Assembly: GCA_964016885.1 (NCBI GenBank)
Contig: OZ024743.1
Span: 5,952,001 to 6,016,000, forward strand
Origin: Eledone cirrhosa
Taxonomy: Eukaryota
Direction: 5' to 3'
Length of the DNA: 64,000 nt
Of the stretch, positions 18,001 through 36,000 are shown piece by piece. The notes beneath the pieces are model-generated. The model ran no database searches, was not told the origin of the DNA, and was given only the letters and a program-made list of their open reading frames with translations. Each line of letters begins with the position of its first letter. Position 1 is the first letter of the stretch. The position numbers and the translations under genes are program-made.

Positions 18001-21000
18001 CCCACCATATAAACTGTATCCCCCACCATATAAACTGTATCCCCCACCATATAAACTGTATCCCCCACCATACTAACTGTATCCCCCACCATACTAACTG
18101 TATCCCCCACCATACTAACTGTATCCCCCACCATACTAACTGTATCCCTCACCATATAAACTGTATCCCCCACCATATAAACTATATCCCCCACCATATA
18201 AACTGTATCCCCCACCATACAAACTATATCCCCCCACCATACTAACTGTATCCCCCACCATATAAACTGTATCCCCCACCATATAAACTGTATCCCCCAC
18301 CATACTAACTGTATCCCCCACCATACAAACTATATCCCCCCACCATACTAACTGTATCCCCCACCATATAAACTGTATCCCCCACCATACTAACTGTATC
18401 CCCCACCATACTAACTGTATCCCTCACCATATAAACTGTATCCCCCACCATATAAACTATATCCCCCCACCATATAAACTGTATCCCCCACCATACTAAC
18501 TGTATCCCCCACCATATAAACTGTATCCCCCACCATACAAACTATATCCCCCCACCATACTAACTGTATCCCCCACCATATAAACTGTATCCCCCACCAT
18601 ACTAACTGTATCCCCCCACCATACTAACTGTATCCCCCACCATACTAACTGTATCCCCCCACCATACTAACTGTATCCCCCACCATACTAACTGTATCCC
18701 CCACCATACTAACTGTATCCCTCACCATATAAATTGTATCCCCCACCATACTAACTGTATCCCCCACCATACTAACTGTATCCCCCACCATACTAACTGT
18801 ATCCCCCACCATACTAACTGTATCCCCCACCATACTAACTGTATCCCCCACCATACTAGCTGTATCCCCCACCATATAAACTATATCCCCCACCATATAA
18901 ACTGTATCCCCCACCATACTAACTGTATCCCTCACCATATAAACTGTATCCCCCACCATACTAACTGTATCCCCCACCATACTAACTGTATCCCCCACCA
19001 TATAAACTATATCCCCCCACCATACTAACTGTATCCCCCACCATACTAACTGTATCCCCCACCATACTAACTGTATCCCCCACCATACAAACTATATCCC
19101 CCCACCATACTAACTGTATCCCCCACCATATAAACTGTATCCCCCACCATACTAACTGTATCCCCCACCATATAAACTGTATCCCCACCATATAAACTGT
19201 ATCCCCCACCATACTAACTGTATCCCCCACCATACTAACTGTATCCCCCACCATACTAACTGTATCCCCCACCATACTAACTGTATCCCCACCATATAAA
19301 CTGTATCCCCCACCATATAAACTGTATCCCCCACCATATAAACTGTATCCCCCACCATACTAACTGTATCCCCCACCATACTAACTGTATCCCCACCATA
19401 TAAACTGTATCCCCCACCATATAAACTGTATCCCCCACCATATAAACTGTATCCCCCACCATACTAACTGTATCCCCCACCATACTAACTGTATCCCCCA
19501 CCATACTAACTGTATCCCCCACCATACTAACTGTATCCCTCACCATATAAACTGTATCCCCCACCATATAAACTATATCCCCCACCATATAAACTGTATC
19601 CCCCACCATACAAACTATATCCCCCCACCATACTAACTGTATCCCCCACCATATAAACTGTATCCCCCACCATATAAACTGTATCCCCCACCATACTAAC
19701 TGTATCCCCCACCATACAAACTATATCCCCCCACCATACTAACTGTATCCCCCACCATATAAACTGTATCCCCCACCATACTAACTGTATCCCCCACCAT
19801 ACTAACTGTATCCCTCACCATATAAACTGTATCCCCCACCATATAAACTATATCCCCCCACCATATAAACTGTATCCCCCACCATACTAACTGTATCCCC
19901 CACCATATAAACTGTATCCCCCACCATACAAACTATATCCCCCCACCATACTAACTGTATCCCCCACCATATAAACTGTATCCCCCACCATACTAACTGT
20001 ATCCCCCCACCATACTAACTGTATCCCCCACCATACTAACTGTATCCCCCCACCATACTAACTGTATCCCCCACCATACTAACTGTATCCCCCACCATAC
20101 TAACTGTATCCCTCACCATATAAATTGTATCCCCCACCATACTAACTGTATCCCCCACCATACTAACTGTATCCCCCACCATACTAACTGTATCCCCCAC
20201 CATACTAACTGTATCCCCCACCATACTAACTGTATCCCCCACCATACTAGCTGTATCCCCCACCATATAAACTATATCCCCCACCATATAAACTGTATCC
20301 CCCACCATACTAACTGTATCCCTCACCATATAAACTGTATCCCCCACCATACTAACTGTATCCCCCACCATACTAACTGTATCCCCCACCATACTAACTG
20401 TATCCCCCACCATACTAACTGTATCCCCCACCATACTAACTGTATCCCTCACCATATAAACTGTATCCCCCACCATATAAACTATATCCCCCACCATATA
20501 AACTGTATCCCCTACCATACTAACTGTATCCCCCACCATACTAACTGTATCCCCCACCATACTAACTGTATCCCCCCACCATATAAACTGTATCCCCCAC
20601 CATACTAACTGTATCCCCCACCATACAAACTATATCCCCCCACCATACTAAATGTATCCCCCACCATACTAACTGTATCCCCACCATATAAACTGTATCC
20701 CCCACCATACTAACTGTATCCCCCCACCATACTAACTGTATCCCCCACCATACTAACTGTATCCCCCCACCATACTAACTGTATCCCCCACCATACTAAC
20801 TGTATCCCCCACCATACTAACTGTATCCCCCACCATACTAACTGTATCCCCCACCATATAAACTGTATCCCCACCATATAAACTATATCCCCCCACCATA
20901 CTAACTGTATCCCCCACCATATAAACTGTATCCCCCACCATACTAACTGTATCCCCCACCATACTAACTGTATCCCCCACCATACTAACTGTATCCCTCA

Positions 21001-24000
21001 CCATACTAACTGTATCCCCCACCATATAAACTGTATCCCCCACCATACTAACTGTATCCCCCACCATACTAACTGTATCCCCCACCATACTAACTGTATC
21101 CCCCACCATATAAACTGTATCCCCCACCATGTAAACTGTATCCCCACCATACTAACTGTATCCCCCACCATACTAACTGTATCCCCCACCATATAAACTG
21201 TATCCCCCACCATATAAACTGTATCCCCCACCATACTAACTGTATCCCCCACTATACTAACTGTATCCCCCACCATACTAACTGTATCCCCCACCATATA
21301 AATTGTATCCCCCACCATATAAACTATATCCCTCACCATACTAACTGTATCCCCCACCATACTAACTGTATCCCCCACCATACTAACTGTATCCCTCACC
21401 ATACTAACTGTATCCCCCACCATATAAACTGTATCCCCCACCATACTAACTGTATCCCCCACCATATAAACTGTATCCCTCACCATACTAACTGTATCCC
21501 CCACCATATAAACTGTATCCCCCACCATATAAACTGTATCCCCCACCATACTAACTGTATCCCCCACCATACTAACTGTATCCCCCACTATATAAACTGT
21601 ATCCCCCACCATATAAACTGTATCCCCCACCATACTAACTGTATCCCCCACCATACTAACTGTATCCCCCACCATATAAACTGTATCCCCCACCATATAA
21701 ACGGTATCCCCCACCATACTAACTGTATCCCCCACCATACTAACTGTATTCCCCACCATATAAACTGTATCCCCCACCATATAAACTGTATCCCCCACCA
21801 TATAAACTGTATCCCCCACCATACTAACTGTATCCCCCACCATACTAACTGTATCCCCCACCATATAAACTGTATCCCCCACCATATAAACTGTATCCCC
21901 ACCATACTAACTGTATCCCCCACCATACTAACTGTATCCCCCACCATATAAACTGTATCCCCCACCATATAAACTGTATCCCCCACCATACTAACTGTAT
22001 CCCCCACCATACTAACTGTATCCCCCACCATACTAACTGTATCCCCCACCATATAAACTGTATCCCCCACCATACAAACTATATCCCCCCACCATACTAA
22101 CTGTATCCCCCACCATATAAACTGTATCCCCCACCATACTAACTGTATCCCCCCACCATACTAACTGTATCCCCCCACCATACTAACTGTATCCCCCCAC
22201 CATACTAACTGTATCCCCCACCATACTAACTGTATCCCCCACCATATAAACTATATCCCCCACCATATAAACTGTATCCCCCACCATACAAACTATATCC
22301 CCCCACCATACTAACTGTATCCCCCACCATATAAACTGTATCCCCCACCATACTAACTGTATCCCCCCACCATACTAACTGTATCCCCCACCATATAAAC
22401 TGTATCCCCCACCATACAAACTATATCCCCCCACCATACTAAATGTATCCCCCACCATACTAACTGTATCCCCCACCATATAAACTGTATCCCCACCATA
22501 TAAACTATATCCCCCCACCATACTAACTGTATCCCCCACCATACTAACTGTATCCCCCCACCATACTAACTGTATCCCCCACCATACTAACTGTATCCCC
22601 CACCATACTAACTGTATCCCCCACCATATAAACTGTATCCCCACCATATAAACTGTATCCCCCTCCATACTAACTGTATCCCCCACCATACTAACTGTAT
22701 CCCCCACCATACTAACTGTATCCCCCACCATACTAACTGTATCCCCCCACCATACTAACTGTATCCCCCACCATACTAACTGTATCCCCCACCATACTAA
22801 CTGTATCCCCCACCATACTAACTGTATCCCCCACCATACTAACTGTATCCCCCCACCATACAAACTATATCCCCCCACCATACTAACTGTATCCCCCACC
22901 ATACTAACTGTATCCCCCACCATACAAACTGTATCCCCCACCATATAAACTGTATCCCCACCATATAAACTATATCCCCCCACCATACTAACTGTATCCC
23001 CCACCATACTAACTGTATCCCCCACCATACTAACTGTATCCCCCACCATATAAACTGTATCCCCACCATACTAACTGTATCCCCCACCATACTAACTGTA
23101 TCCCCACCATATAAACTGTATCCCCCACCATATAAACTGTATCCCCCACCATACTAACTGTATCCCCCACCATACTAACTGTATCCCCCACCATACTAAC
23201 TGTATCCCCCACCAGACTAACTGTATCCCCCACCATACTAACTGTATCCCTCACCATACTAACTGTATCCCCACCATATAAACTATATCCCCCACCATAT
23301 AAACTGTATCCCCCACCATATAAACTGTATCCCCCACCATACTAACTGTATCCCCCACCATACTAACTGTATCCCCCACCATATAAACTGTATCCCCCAC
23401 CATACTAACTGTATCCCCCACCATATAAACTGTATCCCCCACCATACTAACTGTATCCCCCACCATATAAACTGTATCTCCCACCATACTAACTGTATCC
23501 CCCACCATACTAACTGTATCCCCCACCATATAAACTGTATCCCCCACCATACTAACTGTATCCCCCACCATACTAACTGTATCCGCCACCATACTAACTG
23601 TATCCCCCACCATACTAACTGTATCCCCCACCATATAAACTGTATCCCCCACCATACTAACTGTATCCCCCACCATACTAACTGTATCCCCCACCATATA
23701 AACTGTATCCCCCACCATACTAACTGTATACCCCACCATATAAACTGTATCCCCCACCATACTAACTGTATCCCCCACCATACTAACTGTATCCCCCACC
23801 ATATAAACTGTATCCCCCACCATATAAACTGTATCCCCCACCATACTAACTGTATCCCCCACCATACTAACTGTATCCCCCACCATATAAACTGTATCCC
23901 CCACCATACTAACTGTATCCCCCACCATACTAACTGTATCCCTCACCATACTAACTGTATCCCCCACCATATAAACTGTATCCCCCACCATACTAACTGT

Positions 24001-27000
24001 ATCCCCCACCATATAAACTGTATCCCCCACCATACTAACTGTATCCCCCACCATATAAACTGTATCCCCCACCATACTAACTGTATCTCCCACCATACTA
24101 ACTGTATCCCCCACCATATAAACTGTATCCCCCACCATACTAACTGTATCCCCCACCATATGAACTGTATCCCCCACCATACTAACTGTATCCCCCACCA
24201 TATAAACTGTATCCCCCACCATACTAACTGTATCCCCCACCATACTAACTGTATCCCCCACCATATAAACTGTATCCCCCACCATACTAACTGTATCCCC
24301 CACCATATAAACTGTATCCCCCACCATACAAACTATATCCCCCACCATATAAACTGTATCCCCACCATATAAACTGTATCCCCCACCATACTAACTGTAT
24401 CCCCCACCATATAAACTGTATCCCCCACCATATAAACTGTATCCCCCACCATACTAACTGTATCCCCCACCATACTAACTGTATCCCCCACCATATAAAC
24501 TGTATCCCCCACCATATAAACTGTATCCCCCACCATATAAACTGTATCCCCCACCATACTAACTGTATCCCCCACCATACTAACTGTATCCCCCACCATA
24601 CAAACTGTATCCCCCACCATATAAACTGTATCCCCCACCATATAAACTGTATCCCCCACCATACTAACTGTATCCCCCACCATACTAACTGTATCCCCCA
24701 CCATATAAACTGTATCCCCCACCATACTAACTGTATCCCCCACCATACTAACTGTATCCCCCACCATATAAACTGTATCCCCCACCATACTAACTGTATC
24801 CCCCACCATACTAACTGTATCCCCCACCATACTAACTGTATCCCTCACCATACTAACTGTATCCCCCACCATATAAACTGTATCCCCCACCATACTAACT
24901 GTATCCCCCACCATACTAACTGTATCCCCCACCATACTAACTGTATCCCCCACCATATAAACTGTATCCCCCACCATATAAACTGTATCCCCACCATACT
25001 AACTGTATCCCCCACCATACTAACTGTATCCCCCACCATATAAACTGTATCCCCCACCATATAAACTGTATCCCCCACCATACTAACTGTATCCCCCACC
25101 ATACTAACTGTATCCCCCACCATACTAACTGTATCCCCCACCATATAAATTGTATCCCCCACCATATAAACTATATCCCTCACCATACTAACTGTATCCC
25201 CCACCATACTAACTGTATCCCCCACCATACTAACTGTATCCCTCACCATACTAACTGTATCCCCCACCATATAAACTGTATCCCCCACCATACTAACTGT
25301 ATCCCCCACCATATAAACTGTATCCCTCACCATACTAACTGTATCCCCCACCATATAAACTGTATCCCCCACCATATAAACTGTATCCCCCACCATACTA
25401 ACTGTATCCCCCACCATACTAACTGTATCTCCCACTATATAAACTGTATCCCCCACCATATAAACTGTATCCCCCACCATACTAACTGTATCCCCCACCA
25501 TACTAACTGTATCCCCCACCATATAAACTGTATCCCCCACCATATAAACGGTATCCCCCACCATACTAACTGTATCCCCCACCATACTAACTGTATCCCC
25601 CACCATATAAACTGTATCCCCCACCATATAAACTGTATCCCCCACCATATAAACTGTATCCCCCACCATACTAACTGTATCCCCCACCATACTAACTGTA
25701 TCCCCCACCATATAAACTGTATCCCCCACCATATAAACTGTATCCCCACCATACTAACTGTATCCCCCACCATACTAACTGTATCCCCCACCATATAAAC
25801 TGTATCCCCCACCATATAAACTGTATCCCCCACCATACTAACTGTATCCCCCACCATACTAACTGTATCCCCCACCATACTAACTGTATCCCCCACCATA
25901 TAAATTGTATCCCCCACCATATAAACTATATCCCTCACCATACTAACTGTATCCCCCACCATACTAACTGTATCCCCCACCATACTAACTGTATCCCTCA
26001 CCATACTAACTGTATCCCCCACCATATAAACTGTATCCCCCACCATATAAACTGTATCCCCCACCATATAAACTGTATCCCCCACCATACTAACTGTATC
26101 CCCCACCATACTAACTGTATCCCCCACCATACTAACTGTATCCCCCACCATACTAACTGTATCCCCCACCATATAAACTGTATCCCCCACCATACTAACT
26201 GTATCCCCCACCATATAAACTGTATCCCCACCATATAAACTGTATCCCCCACCATACTAACTGTATCCCCCACCATACTAACTGTATCCCCCACCATATA
26301 AACTGTATCCCCCACCATATAAACGGTATCCCCCACCATACTAACTGTATCCCCCACCATACTAACTGTATCCCCCACCATATAAACTGTATCCCCCACC
26401 ATATAAACTGTATCCCTCACCATACTAACTGTATCCCCCACCATACTAACTGTATCCCTCACCATACTAACTGTATCCCCCACCATATAAACTGTATCCC
26501 CCACCATACTAACTGTATCCCCCACCATATAAACTGTATCCCCCACCATACTAACTGTATCCCTCACCATACTAACTGTATCCCCCACCATATAAACTGT
26601 ATCCCCCACCATACTAACTGTATCCCCCACCATATAAACTGTATCCCCCACCATACTAACTGTATCCCCCACCATATAAACTGTATCCCTCACCATACTA
26701 ACTGTATCCCCCACCATACTAACTGTATCCCCCACCATACTAACTGTATCCCTCACCATACTAACTGTATCCCCCACCATACTAACTGTATCCCCCACCA
26801 TACTAACTGTATCCCCCACCATATAAACTGTATCCCCCACCATACTAACTGTATCCCTCACCATACTAACTGTATCCCCCACCATATAAACTGTATCCCC
26901 CACCATACAAACTATATCCCCCACCATATAAACTGTATCCCCCACCATATAAACTGTATCCCCCACCATACTAACTGTATCCCCCACCATATAAACTGTA

Positions 27001-30000
27001 TCCCCCACCATACTAACTGTATCCCCCACCATATAAACTGTATCCCTCACCATACTAACTGTATCCCCCACCATACTAACTGTATCCCCCACCATACTAA
27101 CTGTATCCCCCACCATATAAACTGTATCCCCCACCATATAAACTGTATCCCCCACCATACTAACTGTATCCCCCACCATATAAACTGTATCCCTCACCAT
27201 ACTAACTGTATCCCCCACCATATAAACTGTATCCCCCACCATACAAACTATATCCCCCACCATATAAACTGTATCCCCCACCATATAAACTGTATCCCCC
27301 ACCATATAAACTGTATCCCCCACCATATAAACTGTATCCCCCACCATACTAACTGTATCCCCCACCATACTAACTGTATCCCCCACCATATAAACTGTAT
27401 CCCCCACCATACTAAATGTATCCCCCACCATACTAACTGTATCCCCCACCATATAAACTGTATCCTCCACCATATAAACTGTATCCCCCACCATACTAAC
27501 TGTATCCCCCACCATACTAACTGTATCCCCCACCATACTAACTGTATCCCCCACCATACTAACTGTATCCCCCACCATGCTAACTGTATCCCCACCATAT
27601 AAACTATATCCCCCCACCATACTAACTGTATCCCCCACCATACTAACTGTATCCCCCACCATACTAACTGTATCCCCCACCATACAAACTATATCCCCCA
27701 CCATACTAACTGTATCCCCCACCATATAAACTGTATCCCCCACCATACTAACTGTATCCCCCACCATATAAACTGTATCCCCACCATATAAACTGTATCC
27801 CCCACCATACTAACTGTATCCCCCCACCATACTAACTGTATCCCCCACCATACAAACTATATCCCCCCACCATACTAACTCTATCCCCCACCATACTAAC
27901 TGTATCCCCCACCATATAAACTGTATCCCCCACCATACAAACTATATCCCCCCACCATACTAACTGTATCCCCCACCATACTAACTGTATCCCCCACCAT
28001 ACAAACTATATCCCCCACCATATAAACTATATCCCCCACCATACTAACTGTATCCCCCACCATACTAACTGTATCCCCCACCATATAAACTGTATCCCCC
28101 ACCATACTAACTGTATCCCCCACCATATAAACTGTATCCCTCACCATACTAACTGTATCCCCCACCATATAAACTGTATCCCCCACCATACAAACTATAT
28201 CCCCCACCATATAAACTGTATCCCCCACCATACTAACTGTATCCCCCACCATACTAACTGTATCCCCCACCATATAAACTATATCCCCCCACCATACTAA
28301 CTGTATCCCCCACCATACTAACTGTATCCCCCACCATACTAACTGTATCCCCCACCATACTAACTGTATCCCCCACCATACTAACTGTATCCCCCACCAT
28401 ACAAACTATATCCCCCCACCATACTAACTGTATCCCCCACCATATAAACTGTATCCCCCACCATACTAACTGTATCCCCCACCATATAAACTGTATCCCC
28501 ACCATATAAACTGTATCCCCCACCATACTAACTGTATCCCCCACCATACTAACTGTATCCCCCACCATACTAACTGTATCCCCCACCATACTAACTGTAT
28601 CCCCACCATATAAACTGTATCCCCCACCATATAAACTGTATCCCCCACCATATAAACTGTATCCCCCACCATACTAACTGTATCCCCCACCATACTAACT
28701 GTATCCCCACCATATAAACTGTATCCCCCACCATATAAACTGTATCCCCCACCATATAAACTGTATCCCCCACCATACTAACTGTATCCCCCACCATACT
28801 AACTGTATCCCCCACCATACTAACTGTATCCCCCACCATACTAACTGTATCCCTCACCATATAAACTGTATCCCCCACCATATAAACTATATCCCCCACC
28901 ATATAAACTGTATCCCCCACCATACAAACTATATCCCCCCACCATACTAACTGTATCCCCCACCATATAAACTGTATCCCCCACCATATAAACTGTATCC
29001 CCCACCATACTAACTGTATCCCCCACCATACAAACTATATCCCCCCACCATACTAACTGTATCCCCCACCATATAAACTGTATCCCCCACCATACTAACT
29101 GTATCCCCCACCATACTAACTGTATCCCTCACCATATAAACTGTATCCCCCACCATATAAACTATATCCCCCCACCATATAAACTGTATCCCCCACCATA
29201 CTAACTGTATCCCCCACCATATAAACTGTATCCCCCACCATACAAACTATATCCCCCCACCATACTAACTGTATCCCCCACCATATAAACTGTATCCCCC
29301 ACCATACTAACTGTATCCCCCCACCATACTAACTGTATCCCCCACCATACTAACTGTATCCCCCCACCATACTAACTGTATCCCCCACCATACTAACTGT
29401 ATCCCCCACCATACTAACTGTATCCCTCACCATATAAATTGTATCCCCCACCATACTAACTGTATCCCCCACCATACTAACTGTATCCCCCACCATACTA
29501 ACTGTATCCCCCACCATACTAACTGTATCCCCCACCATACTAACTGTATCCCCCACCATACTAGCTGTATCCCCCACCATATAAACTATATCCCCCACCA
29601 TATAAACTGTATCCCCCACCATACTAACTGTATCCCTCACCATATAAACTGTATCCCCCACCATACTAACTGTATCCCCCACCATACTAACTGTATCCCC
29701 CACCATACTAACTGTATCCCCCACCATACTAACTGTATCCCCCACCATACTAACTGTATCCCTCACCATATAAACTGTATCCCCCACCATATAAACTATA
29801 TCCCCCACCATATAAACTGTATCCCCTACCATACTAACTGTATCCCCCACCATACTAACTGTATCCCCCACCATACTAACTGTATCCCCCCACCATATAA
29901 ACTGTATCCCCCACCATACTAACTGTATCCCCCACCATACAAACTATATCCCCCCACCATACTAAATGTATCCCCCACCATACTAACTGTATCCCCACCA

Positions 30001-33000
30001 TATAAACTGTATCCCCCACCATACTAACTGTATCCCCCCACCATACTAACTGTATCCCCCACCATACTAACTGTATCCCCCCACCATACTAACTGTATCC
30101 CCCACCATACTAACTGTATCCCCCACCATACTAACTGTATCCCCCACCATACTAACTGTATCCCCCACCATATAAACTGTATCCCCACCATATAAACTAT
30201 ATCCCCCCACCATACTAACTGTATCCCCCACCATATAAACTGTATCCCCCACCATACTAACTGTATCCCCCACCATATAAACTGTATCCCCCACCATACT
30301 AACTGTATCCCACACCATACTAACTGTATCCCCCACCATACAAAATATATCCCCCCACCATACTAACTGTATCCCCCACCATATAAACTGTATCCCCCAC
30401 CATACTAACTGTATCCCCCACCATACTAACTGTATCCCCCACCATATAAACTGTATCCCCACCATACAAACTATATCCCCCCACCATACTAACTGTATCC
30501 CCCACCATACTAACTGTATCCCCCACCATATAAACTGTATCCCCCACCATACAAACTATATCCCCCCACCATACTAACTGTATCCCCCACCATACTAACT
30601 GTATCCCCCACCATACAAACTGTATCCCCCACCATATAAACTGTATCCCCACCATACAAACTATATCCCCCCACCATACTAACTGTATCCCCCACCATAC
30701 TAACTGTATCCCCCACCATATAAACTGTATCCCCCACCATACAAACTATATCCACCCACCATACTAACTGTATCCCCCACCATACTAACTGTATCCCCCA
30801 GCATACAAACTGTATCCCCCACCATATAAACTGTATCCCCACCATATAAACTATATCCCCCCACCATACTAACTGTATCCCCCACCATACTAACTGTATA
30901 CCCCACCATATAAACTGTATCCCCCACCATACTAACTGTATCCCCCACCATATAAACTGTATCCCCACCATATAAACTGTATCCCCCACCATACTAACTA
31001 TCCCCCACCATACTAACTGTATCCCCCACCATACTAACTGTATCCCCCACCATACTAACTGTATCCCCACCATATAAACTGTATCCCCCACCATATAAAC
31101 TGTATCCCCCACCATACTAACTGTATCCCCCACCATACTAACTGTATCCCCCACCAGACTAACTGTATCCCCCACCATACTAACTGTATCCCCCACCATA
31201 CTAACTGTATCCCCCACCATACTAACTGTATCCCTCACCATACTAACTGTATCCCCACCATATAAACTATATCCCCCACCATATAAACTGTATCCCCCAC
31301 CATATAAACTGTATCCCCCACCATACTAACTGTATCCCCCACCATACTAACTGTATCCCCCACCATATAAACTGTATCCCCCACCATACTAACTGTATCC
31401 CCCACCATATAAACTGTATCCCCCACCATACTAACTGTATCCCCCACCATATAAACTGTATCTCCCACCATACTAACTGTATCCCCCACCATACTAACTG
31501 TATCCCCCACCATATAAACTGTATCCCCCACCATACTAACTGTATCCCCCACCATACTAACTGTATCCCCCACCATACTAACTGTATCCCCCACCATACT
31601 AACTGTATACCCCACCATATAAACTGTATACCCCACCATATAAACTGTATCCCCCACCATACTAACTGTATCCCCCACCATACTAACTGTATCTCCCACC
31701 ATATAAACTGTATTCCCCACCATACTAACTGTATCCCCCACCATACTAACTGTATCCCCCACCATATAAACTGTATCCCCCACCATACTAACTGTATCCC
31801 CCACCATACTAACTGTATCCCTCACCATACTAACTGTATCCCCCACCATATAAACTGTATCCCCCACCATACTAACTGTATCCCCCACCATATAAACTGT
31901 ATCCCCCACCATACTAACTGTATCCCCCACCATACTAACTGTATCCCCCACCATACTAACTGTATCCCCCACCATATAAACTGTATCCCCCACCATACTA
32001 ACTGTATCCCCCACCATATGAACTGTATCCCCCACCAAACTAACTGTATCCCCCACCATATTAACTGTATCCCCCACCATACTAACTGTATCCCCCACCA
32101 TATAAACTGTATCCCCCACCATACTAACTGTATCCCCCACCATACTAACTGTATCCCCCACCATACTAACTGTATCCCTCACCATACTAACTGTATCCCC
32201 CACCATATAAACTGTATCCCCCACCATACAAACTATATCCCCCACCATATAAACTGTATCCCCACCATATAAACTGTATCCCCCACCATACTAACTGTAT
32301 CCCCCACCATATAAACTGTATCCCCCACCATATAAACTGTATCCCCCACCATATAAACTGTATCCCCCACCATATAAACTGTATCCCCCACCATACTAAC
32401 TGTATCCCCCACCATACTAACTGTATCCCCCACCATATAAACTGTATCCCCCACCATTTAAACTGTATCCCCCACCATACTAACTGTATCCCCCACCATA
32501 CTAACTGTATCCCCCACCATACTAACTGTATCCCCCACCATATAAACTCTATCCCCCACCATATAAACTGTATCCCCCACCATACTAACTGTATCCCCCA
32601 CCATACTAACTGTATCCCCCACCATATAAACTGTATCCCCCACCATATAAACTGTATCCCCCACCATACTAACTGTATCCCCCACCATACTAACTGTATC
32701 CCCCACCATATAAACTGTATCCCCCACCATATAAACTGTATCCCTCACCATACTAACTGTATCCCCCACCATACTAACTGTATCCCCCACCATATAAACT
32801 GTATCCCCCACCATATAAACTGTATCCCTCACCATACTAACTGTATCCCCCACCATACTAACTGTATCCCTCACCATACTAACTGTATCCCCCACCATAT
32901 AAACTGTATCCCCCACCATACTAACTGTATCCCCCACCATACTAACTGTATCCCCCACCATACTAACTGTATCCCCCACCATATAAACTGTATCCCCCAC

Positions 33001-36000
33001 CATATAAACTGTATCCCCCACCATACTAACTGTATCCCCCACCATACTAACTGTATCCCCCACCATATAAACTGTATCCCCCACCATATAAACTGTATCC
33101 CCCACCATACTAACTGTATCCCCCACCATACTAACTGTATCCCCCACCATATAAACTGTATCCCCCACCATATATATTGTATCCCCCACCATATAAACTG
33201 TATCCCTCACCATACTAACTGTATCCCCCACCATACTAACTGTATCCCCCACCATACTAACTGTATCCCTCACCATACTAACTGTATCCCCCACCATATA
33301 AACTGTATCCCCCACCATACTAACTGTATCCCCCACCATATAAACTGTATCCCTCACCATACTAACTGTATCCCCCACCATATAAACTGTATCCCCCACC
33401 ATACTAACTGTATCCCCCACCATACTAACTGTATCCCCCACCATATAAACTGTATCCCCCACCATATAAACTGTATCCCCCACCATACTAACTGTATCCC
33501 CCACCATATAAACTGTATCCCCCACCATACTAACTGTATCCCCCACCATACTAACTGTATCCCCCACCATACTAACTGTATCCCCCACCATATAAACTGT
33601 ATCCCCCACCATATAAACTGTATCCCCCACCATACTAACTGTATCCCCCACCATACTAACTGTATCCCCCACCATATAAACTGTATCCCCCACCATATAA
33701 ACGGTATCCCCCACCATACTAACTGTATCCCCCACCATACTAACTGTATCCCCCACCATACTAACTGTATCCCCCACCATATAAACTGTATCCCCCACCA
33801 TATAAACTGTATCCCTCACCATACTAACTGTATCCCCCACCATACTAACTGTATCCCCCACCATACTAACTGTATCCCTCACCATACTAACTGTATCCCC
33901 CACCATATAAACTGTATCCCCCACCATATAAACGGTATCCCCCACCATACTAACTGTATCCCCCACCATACTAACTGTATCCCCCACCATACTAACTGTA
34001 TCCCCCACCATATAAACTGTATCCCCCACCATATAAACTGTATCCCTCACCATACTAACTGTATCCCCCACCATACTAACTGTATCCCCCACCATACTAA
34101 CTGTATCCCTCACCATACTAACTGTATCCCCCACCATATAAACTGTATCCCTCACCATACTAACTGTATCCCCCACCATACTAACTGTATCCCCCACCAT
34201 ACTAACTGTATCCCCCACCATACTAACTGTATCCCCCACCATATAAACTGTATCCCCCACCATATAAACTGTATCCCCCACCATATAAACTGTATCCCCC
34301 ACCATATAAACTGTATCCCCCACCATACTAACTGTATCCCTCACCATACTAACTGTATCCCCCACCATATAAACTGTATCCCCCACCATACTAACTGTAT
34401 CCCCCACCATATAAACTGTATCCCCCACCATATAAACTGTATCCCTCACCATACTAACTGTATCCCCCACCATGCTAACTGTATCCCCCACCATACTAAC
34501 TGTATCCCTCACCATACTAACTGTATCCCCCACCATACTAACTGTATCCCCCACCATACTAACTGTATCCCCCACCATATAAACTGTATCCCCCACCATA
34601 CTAACTGTATCCCTCACCATACTAACTGTATCCCCCACCATATAAACTGTATCCACCACCACACAAACTATATCCCCCACCATATAAACTGTATCCCCCA
34701 CCATATAAACTGTATCCCCCACCATACTAACTGTATCCCCCACCATACTAACTGTATCCCCCACCATATAAACTGTATCCCCCACCATATAAACTGTATC
34801 CCCCACCATACTAACTGTATCCCCCACCATATAAACTGTATCCCTCACCATACTAACTGTATCCCCCACCATATAAACTGTATCCCCCACCATATAAACT
34901 GTATCCCCCACCATACTAACTGTATCCCCCACCATATAAACTGTATCCCTCACCATACTAACTGTATCCCCCACCATATAAACTGTATCCCCCACCATAT
35001 AAACTGTATCCCCCACCATACTAACTGTATCCCCCACCATATAAACTGTATCCCTCACCATACTAACTGTATCCCCCACCATATAAACTGTATCCCCCAC
35101 CATACAAACTATATCCCCCACCATACTAACTGTATCCCCCACCATACTAACTGTATCCCCCACCATATAAACTGTATCCCTCACCATACTAACTGTATCC
35201 CCCACCATATAAACTGTATCCCCCACCATATAAACTGTATCCCTCACCATACTAACTGTATCCCCCACCATATAAACTGTATCCCCCACCATACAAACTA
35301 TATCCCCCACCATACTAACTGTATCCCCCACCATACTAACTGTATCCCCCACCATATAAACTGTATCCCTCACCATACTAACTGTATCCCCCACCATATA
35401 AACTGTATCCCTCACCATACTAACTGTATCCCCCACCATATAAACTGTATCCCCCACCATATAAACTGTATCCCCCACCATACTAACTGTATCCCCCACC
35501 ATACTAACTGTATCCCCCACCATACTAACTGTATCCCCCACCATATAAACTGTATGCCCCACCATACTAACTGTATCCCCCACCATATAAACTGTATCCC
35601 CCACCATATAAACTGTATCCCCCACCATATAAACTGTATCCCCCACCATACTAACTGTATCCCCCACCATACTAACTGTATCCCCCACCATATAAACTGT
35701 ATCCCCCACCATTCTAACTGTATCCCCCACCATACTAACTGTATCCCCCACCATATAAACTGTATCCTCCACCATATAAACTGTATCCCCCACCATACTA
35801 ACTGTATCCCCCACCATACTAACTGTATCCCCCACCATATAAACTGTATCCCCCACCATATAAACTGTATCCCCCACCATACTAACTGTATCCCCCACCA
35901 TATAAACTGTATCCCCCACCATACTAACTGTATCCCCCACCATACTAACTGTATCCCACACCATACTAACTGTATCCCCCACCATACTAACTGTATCCCC

